The notes below the pieces were generated by a model, which was not told where the DNA came from, ran no database searches, and worked only from the letters and a program-made list of their open reading frames with translations. The translations under genes were made by a program, and so were the position numbers. A DNA stretch of 64,000 bases, taken from Microgenomates group bacterium. GTDB lineage: Bacteria > Patescibacteriota > Microgenomatia > UBA1406 > GWC2-37-13. How positions within the stretch are numbered: position 1 is the stretch's first letter; each line of letters starts with the position of its first letter. The stretch is from positions 55,370-119,369 of the forward strand of contig JBAQNT010000007.1 in assembly GCA_049304055.1 (NCBI GenBank), read 5' to 3'. This document shows, piece by piece, positions 54,018-61,100 of the stretch.

Positions 54018-54641
54018 ATGAGCGACGAAATGAAGGAAGAAACCAACACAAAAAATGCCAAACATACTAGTGTTGACGCGATAATCCTCGTTGCGTTGGT
54101 TGTCGTATTGGGTGCTCTCGGCGGATATTATTTGATGAATCGCTCACCAAAACAAACTAATGTCCCGACATCCGTATCCCCTTCTCCTGTAGTGACACAA
54201 GAACAAAGTGTTCCTACAACAATCAAGGAGCCAGCATCCACAACCACAACTGTAACCACAAAACCTGTCAATTCACCTACCCCATCCCCAAAACCGATTC
54301 CTCATGGATCCAAGAATTTTTATGTTTCAATCGGTAGTGAAGTCAAAGGTCCTCGAATGGGGAAAGGAACGATTGACCCATATGATCCAGTCGTTGGTGG
54401 GAAACAAAGACTTACCATTGAAGTCAATGATACTGTCCCTGTCCAGAAAGTCGTGGCGATAATCAAAACCGATAAAAAAACCTCTGAACCTCATATGTTG
54501 ACGGCAGGTGCAGGAGTCACCAACAAGGGCAACTGGTCTGGAGAATGGACGATGGATGATTCATATCTATACACATATATATTATCCATTCAAGCAACAA
54601 GCGCTAGCGGAACATCGAGTGTTGACATTACACTCAGATAA
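54018..54641 (+). CDS. Membrane-anchored protein with a PT-rich linker and a small C-terminal beta domain
   Basis: TM AIILVALVVVLGALGGYYL, linker SPSPVVTQEQSVPTT..SPTPSPKP, then a ~110-aa domain. Confidence 0.6.
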   Translation: MSDEMKEETNTKNAKHTSVDAIILVALVVVLGALGGYYLMNRSPKQTNVPTSVSPSPVVTQEQSVPTTIKEPASTTTTVTTKPVNSPTPSPKPIPHGSKNFYVSIGSEVKGPRMGKGTIDPYDPVVGGKQRLTIEVNDTVPVQKVVAIIKTDKKTSEPHMLTAGAGVTNKGNWSGEWTMDDSYLYTYILSIQATSASGTSSVDITLR

Positions 54642-54643
54642 GT

Positions 54644-55645
54644 ATGAATATACTATTTAACTTTGTTCTTGCAACACTTCTTTTGTTTGTTCCTTCTTTG
54701 GCATTCGCAGGATGTACATACAACACGGTCGGCACAACAAGCACCATAACCTCTTCATGTTCATTTGATAACACCGTTGATGGATTTGATACCGGAACAG
54801 GGCTTGAAAATACAAGTGAACTTCGTATTTCAGGCGGAACATTGACGATTGGAGGGAATCAGGCTATTGCACTTGGAAAATTGACTCTTACCGGAGGGGC
54901 TCTTGCCATCATCGATGGTGGAAAACTCCTCCTGAATCGAGTCTTATGGTACACGGACGCAGATAATGATGGATATGCGACAACCGCACTCCCGAAGTCA
55001 GACCCATTACCAGGACCACTCACTCCGACCCCAACTGGATTCAAGAGAAGAGTTGCATTTACTCCGACAGGAGTTGACTGTAATGATTTGGCTAGCGAGG
55101 TGAAGATTTCACATACACAATGCTATGCAGATGCTGATGCCGATACATATACGAATGGTTTAGCGCCAAATTCCACTTGTTTGAGTCACGCTACATGCCC
55201 ACTTTCGACTAGCACAAGTGCATCAACACACGGTGCGTCAGTCGTTAGCCATACCTCACCCAATGAGTTAAGGGACGCGGCAACCACTAATGACTGTGGT
55301 GATACAGTGGCAAATGCAAAACCAGGGCAAACAGCTTACTTCTCTACGCCATTCTTGAATAATTCTGGAGTCTCACAATATGACTATGACTGTTCCGGAA
55401 ATGGTACAGCTGCGGGCGAAACAAAAGATCCATCCCAACCACTCTATGTATGTAATGTTACTGGCTGTGCATCCCATTATTTCACGATAAGCGCAGGATT
55501 TACAACGGCTACAGCTTGTGGAGCGACCGGTACATGGAAAACATATGCAGGTGCAGGAGGCGCCGCTTGTACAATCAATATCGCAGGGGCTGGTGTCACC
55601 TGTCCTGCTGGAACAACATCCTCAGTTGTTCAGAAATGTAAGTAA
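54644..55645 (+). CDS. Secreted Cys-rich protein with DADxDGY-type motifs
   Basis: Signal peptide ending LAFAGC, WYTDADNDGYATT and CYADADADTYTNG motifs, and many Cys residues in the C-terminal half. Confidence 0.6.
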   Translation: MNILFNFVLATLLLFVPSLAFAGCTYNTVGTTSTITSSCSFDNTVDGFDTGTGLENTSELRISGGTLTIGGNQAIALGKLTLTGGALAIIDGGKLLLNRVLWYTDADNDGYATTALPKSDPLPGPLTPTPTGFKRRVAFTPTGVDCNDLASEVKISHTQCYADADADTYTNGLAPNSTCLSHATCPLSTSTSASTHGASVVSHTSPNELRDAATTNDCGDTVANAKPGQTAYFSTPFLNNSGVSQYDYDCSGNGTAAGETKDPSQPLYVCNVTGCASHYFTISAGFTTATACGATGTWKTYAGAGGAACTINIAGAGVTCPAGTTSSVVQKCK

Positions 55646-55647
55646 AA

Positions 55648-57381
55648 TCATTCTTGGGATTGTTCTTGAAGTGACTTAATCTTCTTTTGAACGGCATTAT
55701 ACGTGTCCTGTTGTATCTTTTTTGGGTCTTTCAAAAGGATTCTTTCATAGTTTTCTAAGTATGCAGTAGCATATCTATCAGCTGCCTTTTGGCCCTCAAG
55801 GTCTCTTTTTAGGGTATATAGCTTCTCCATACGGTCAACCAAGCTATCACCATAGATATACCCGCCCCACAGGAAGCTTTCTTCATATGCCTGAAGCGCC
55901 TTCTTGTCGTAGTATCGGCTCCCGAACTCCGTATATTTATCTCCTACATATTCCAACCGGAAGGCATCGATGCTGAAGGCGTTTTGATACTGATTAATGT
56001 ATGATGCAATCGTAAAGCGGCTTTCATATTTATGACTTTTTTCAATGAGTGTCTCCATATTCTCACGATCAAACGGATAAATTGCTTGAGCTATTTTATA
56101 CTGACCACTTTTTATGAGAAATGAATGCGTAAAAAGGAGTTGGATATACACAACTCCTATGCTTGTGACTATCAAAAGCGCCTTTTTGGGCATTGAGAAT
56201 ACCCGCACTTTATCGTTTGATGCAAGCGCCAGACCTCCGAGTATAAAAAATAACATCCATAACTGTGTATATGTATACGTGGAAAACCCCAGGAAACTGA
56301 TACATAATGAACTGAAAAGCAGAAAGGATAGGCTTTTTTTATCGGCGGCGACAATGATATAGCACACCAACAGAACAAGACCCGCGGCAGCAAAAATTCC
56401 CTGCTCAGCAAGCATGTCGATTATCAGATTGAAGCTCGTTATGGTTGAAACAAAAAGTTCGTCCGTAAATCTATAAGATAAATAGGGAAAATTACCCTGA
56501 CCAATCCCTACAAATGGCTCCAGAAGGAACCCTTTTATTCCCATAATCCAATATGGCGAACGTGAAAATATAAGTGGACGAGCGTGCAACATCCCCTGTA
56601 TCGAACTGTTATTTTGCAGGAGTGTAAGCGTTTCGTTATTGACCCTTGTGACAAAAAGCATACATGCTCCCAATATGAAAAGCCCATTCACTCCAAGAGA
56701 AATTACCAATGATAAGGATTCCTTCTTGATAAGGGCGCGATGCGAGTAGAAAAGAATAAGAAGACTTACTGCAAGTGTGATGTATGCTGTTCTGGAAAAA
56801 GAAAGGAGAAATATAGGGAGCAATAATATGAATGGAACAAGCCATATTTTCTTTCTTTTGACAAAAAAAGTGTAGATAGAAATCAGTAAGGGAAACACTA
56901 AATAGTCGCCGATTGTCTTATGGAGATATGCGGGATTGAAGAGGAGATTGAGCCTGACACCCTTTATAAATTCACGTCCGTATGGGGTGTATAGACAGAA
57001 TAACGAGACCGCAACAAACACCACCGCCAATGCCACAATCAATCTTGGCAATTGTTTTTTTATGAGCTTTGCATGTTGAAAAACATACAAAAACAAAAGC
57101 ACCAAACTCAAGTCTCTCAGGAATAATTCTATAGATACTCCTATCTGTTTTGAATTGATGAGGGAAATAAATGAACTCCCCATATAGACGATGGATAACC
57201 CTAAAAACACCTTCGGGATCGAATAGTGTTTTTTGGGATCAAACAAAAAAAGAAAAAGCGGAAGGGCGAAAATGAAAAAATACAGAAACCGCAAATCCAG
57301 TATGAAATGGATACCTTCAACGAGTGAAATTGCCAAAAAAGTAACGTAAAAAACACCAAGATGTAGTTTGTGCCGAACCAT
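55648..57381 (-). CDS. O-antigen ligase/polymerase-like (Wzy_C-type) polytopic membrane protein with a C-terminal soluble helical domain
   Basis: About 12 TM segments. LLSFSRTAYITLAVSLLIL, a large loop and VGIGQGNFPYL fit the O-antigen ligase family pattern. The ATG at 57381 is supported by TGtCATAAT 6 nt upstream. The track start at 57561 overlaps the pilin gene. Confidence 0.55.
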   Translation of the reverse strand: MVRHKLHLGVFYVTFLAISLVEGIHFILDLRFLYFFIFALPLFLFLFDPKKHYSIPKVFLGLSIVYMGSSFISLINSKQIGVSIELFLRDLSLVLLFLYVFQHAKLIKKQLPRLIVALAVVFVAVSLFCLYTPYGREFIKGVRLNLLFNPAYLHKTIGDYLVFPLLISIYTFFVKRKKIWLVPFILLLPIFLLSFSRTAYITLAVSLLILFYSHRALIKKESLSLVISLGVNGLFILGACMLFVTRVNNETLTLLQNNSSIQGMLHARPLIFSRSPYWIMGIKGFLLEPFVGIGQGNFPYLSYRFTDELFVSTITSFNLIIDMLAEQGIFAAAGLVLLVCYIIVAADKKSLSFLLFSSLCISFLGFSTYTYTQLWMLFFILGGLALASNDKVRVFSMPKKALLIVTSIGVVYIQLLFTHSFLIKSGQYKIAQAIYPFDRENMETLIEKSHKYESRFTIASYINQYQNAFSIDAFRLEYVGDKYTEFGSRYYDKKALQAYEESFLWGGYIYGDSLVDRMEKLYTLKRDLEGQKAADRYATAYLENYERILLKDPKKIQQDTYNAVQKKIKSLQEQSQE

Positions 57382-57403
57382 GTTATCATTATGACATATA
57401 TCC

Positions 57404-58108
57404 ATGAAAAAGAATAGAATAGCCATGACTCTTCTTGAAATACTTATCGTGATCACTGTATTTGCCGTATTGGCGGTCAGCGTTATCATTCTTATGGATC
57501 CGGCAAAAATGTATGGGCGGGCGCTTGATACCACAAAAAAAACCGATTTGGCAAAATTCAAGAAAGCAATGGAGGAATATTTTAATGATAAGGGATGTTA
57601 CCCGTCCCCCAATATGGTGTGCTATACGGGAGGAGATAACGCGACCCCTGCCGGAAACCCCTGCTATATCTGTGGAGACGAAGCCACATCCCCTCAATTA
57701 AAGCCATATCTTGAAACTCTTCCCTGCGATCCAAGCCACCCCAAGCAAAAATTTTATTATTCAGTCGACACATATGCGTGTCCCAAAATGTATCGTATCT
57801 ATGCAAAATTCAATATCCAGAATGATGAATCAAGTTTGGATGTCGGATGTGCACAGTCTGGATGCGGTCCTTCCCTTCCGTGGGGATACGACTATGGTGA
57901 ATCAAGCCCCAATATCTGGCTGAATAGATCCGGAGTCTACAACTGTTATACCCGAGACGCAAAATGCAATAATTGTGGAGGTCCTGGAAACTTAGGAACC
58001 GATGCATATACCAACTGCCTCAAGAGCGTGGAAACAGGTGCCTGTATCACTATCTATAGCTCTCATGAGGCATGTTGTACTGATAACCCCAATGTTGGAT
58101 GTACCTGA
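57404..58108 (+). CDS. Type IV pilin/pseudopilin-like protein with an N-terminal prepilin cleavage/methylation motif and a Cys-rich globular domain
   Basis: MKKNRIA/MTLLEILIVITVFAVLAV has a basic leader, Glu at +5 and a hydrophobic helix. The C-terminal domain has about 16 Cys. Confidence 0.7.
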   Translation: MKKNRIAMTLLEILIVITVFAVLAVSVIILMDPAKMYGRALDTTKKTDLAKFKKAMEEYFNDKGCYPSPNMVCYTGGDNATPAGNPCYICGDEATSPQLKPYLETLPCDPSHPKQKFYYSVDTYACPKMYRIYAKFNIQNDESSLDVGCAQSGCGPSLPWGYDYGESSPNIWLNRSGVYNCYTRDAKCNNCGGPGNLGTDAYTNCLKSVETGACITIYSSHEACCTDNPNVGCT

Positions 58109-58126
58109 TAGTAAAATCGTCTCCTG

Positions 58127-58156
58127 TTGACACCTCATTTTTGTTACACTGAATAT
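58127..58156 (+). promoter_or_regulatory. Candidate promoter TTGACA-18-GAATAT, 12 nt before the ATG at 58169
   Basis: TTGACA at 58127-58132 and GAATAT at 58151-58156. Confidence 0.4.
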
Positions 58157-58168
58157 ATCTCATTTTAT

Positions 58169-61100
58169 ATGGTAAAAAAGACTCATTCATTACTCCAAAA
58201 GTGGTACATTGCCGGTATTGCCGTTTTACTTGTTGTGACAGCCTTTTTTATTGTTTCTCGTATCCCAAAAAAGCCGGAGCTCGGATTCAGTCGGCAACTC
58301 TTTAATCCAGGTGAATTTCACGGGACAATTCCGAATGTTTTGGATACGACGATTTCTCGCTCAGAACAGCAGGTTGAAGTCGTCGTGAAACGCGAGAATG
58401 TCTCACTCTCTTTTCAGCTGCCGATTGAGGGAACCAAAATCAAAGAAAGCGAGAATCTCCTTGCCTTTTCCTCCCCCAATGGAGAAATTACGACAGAGTA
58501 TAGTATGCGTCGGGATGGACTCAAAGAAAACATCATCCTGAATAAGGTCCCGAAAGAAAATATCTTCCCCAGCACCCTCAAGACTGAAGGGCTTATCACC
58601 AAAATATCCGCAGAAGGTATTCCTGTCTTTTTTGATAAAAATAATACCTATCAATTCCATTTTGAACGTCCGTATGTGAAGGATGCTGCCGGTGCTGTGA
58701 GCTATGCCGTGAGTTATCGGGTTGTCGGACAGGAAGAAGAGAATGTCAAGAAAACTCAGGAGCAATTTGCGACAGAACTTCTTTCTCGTTTAAAGACAAT
58801 AAAGCAAATAGGTCAGTCATACGTTTTGCAAGTCGTCGTTGACCCTACTTGGCTTCACGACCCAAAACGTGTCCTCCCAATAACTATAGATCCGACGGTC
58901 GTCCACAATACATCAAGCACTTTTGCGACGGGGACACTGGATAATTCGTATGATTCAGGCTCCGGTGCATCCCCTATTCTTGGGAGTGGTTATCAGGAAC
59001 TTGCAGCAGACGCCAACACAGTTGGTTTGTGGCATATGAATGAGGCGAGTGGGAATGTGTTGGACTCATCTGGTAATGGAATAACAGGAACTCCAACTGG
59101 TACGACGGTTGTTGCTGGAAAAATGGGAAATGGAAGGAGTTTTAACGGAACAACCAACTATATTGAGTTTGGAGATGTGACTATATTGGATCAAGCACTC
59201 CAGGGAACTATATCTGTTTGGATAAAACCAAATTCATTACCAACCGCATCGGATTATAACAGTATTATTGCGAAAGCAGATTTCGCAGCTGCGGGGAATG
59301 CATTCTTTATTAGATTAGGTGGTGCAGAAGGCATTCGTTTCGCGGTCAGAGATGCGGCAAGTAACCAGATAAATTGTGATACTATCACATTTCCTCCTGT
59401 TGGAGAATGGACTCTTGTTACTGGAGTATTTACAAACAATCAGTGTCATGTCTATTTCAATGACGATTTAAAAGTAAGTAGTAGTGTAACTAGTTTCACT
59501 GGCATACAGAATACCACTACAACACTAAGAATTGGATCGAGTAATTATGCTTCCGAGTTATTTTTTGATGGATTAATTGACGAGGTTCGAATCAGTAATA
59601 TTGCCCGATCATTAGAAGATATAAAAGCCTCTGCATCCCGCCGCCCTAATGCTACCTATACCTCCCCCGTCATTGACCTGGGCACAAAGGCAACTGCGTG
59701 GAGCGGTCTTTCATGGGTTGAAACTGGAGTTGCAACTGGTTTTGGAGAAACTCCTTATAGTTCAACTGGCTTGATTGCTCAATGGAACCTGAACGAACGT
59801 GGAACTGCTATTGCAGCAAATTATGCTGGAACATGTGGGACATCGTGTAATGCGACTCTTACTGGATTTAGTAATACAAATGGACCAGATTTAGTTCTTG
59901 GTTCTGGGTGGACTGCCCAAAATCAACGATGGGGAGCAGGCGCTATTATGTTCAATGGAACAAGCGATTACTTAAGTGTTCCAAACCATTCATCTCTAAA
60001 TGTTACAGGTGGCCCGTTCACTATTGAAAGCTGGGTCAAACCAAGGAATCTCACTGCAAGATATACTGTGTTCAGTACAAGGACGACTAATGCCGCCGGA
60101 GGTTGGCAACTGGAAGTTGGAACGGGAAATGGTGGGACCGGAAGAGTGTCTGTTACTGGCCTTAATACCTGGATTTTTGATTCAGTTGATAAAGTTATAG
60201 AGGCAGAACAATGGAGTCATATCGTCTACACTCGAGCCTCAAATAGCGATACAGGAAAGGTGTATGTAAATGGGAAAGAAGTGCGGTCTATTACAACAGC
60301 TGCCTATACAATAGCTAATAATACTGATGTTAAATTAATTGGAGCGGGCACCTTAATAACATCGTTTTTTCCAGGGGTTATAGATTCTACAAGGTTTTAT
60401 GGAAGAGTGCTGGATGCCAATGAAATTCTATCCAACTATAATGCAACGAATGTTGAATTTCAAACGCGCGTAGGAAATACGGCAGATCCCACAGACGGCA
60501 CTTGGGAAGCATGGAAACCTATCACAAATGAAGCAACAGTCGATTCATTTGATTCCTCTCCTCTTCCTAGTTGTACCGCAAATGGCGGAGTGACGACTGA
60601 TGGAGGTAAGACATATATGTTCACCACAGGCGATCGCGCTGTGTATTTAGGTACTGAAGTAGATCAAAAGTATACTGTGCCTGAAGGCGTTACTTCAGTT
60701 ACCGTAAAAATGTGGGGTGGTGGAGGTGGAGGTGGAGCGGTAGGTGGATGGACCTATGGATATGCAGGAGGAGGTGGTGGATACACAACAGGAACAATCG
60801 CAGTTACTCCTGGCCAAGTGCTTGATGTGATGGTTGGAGCGGGAGGAGCTCCTGGGTATCTAAATTATGAAAGCTCAACAAACTCATATGGAGGTGGAGG
60901 GCGGAACTGTAATTCAGACTGCCGTTATTCAGGCCAAGGTGGAGGACGATCAGCTATTAGGTATGGAGGGGTTGATTTGTTAACTGCGGGTGGTGGAGGC
61001 GGTGGTGGCTCTACATTAACAACATCAAGTAGCTCAGCTGGAGGCGCTGGAGGAGGGACATCTGGTGCTGCTGGTTCTGCCGCTGCAAGTCCAGCTGCTG

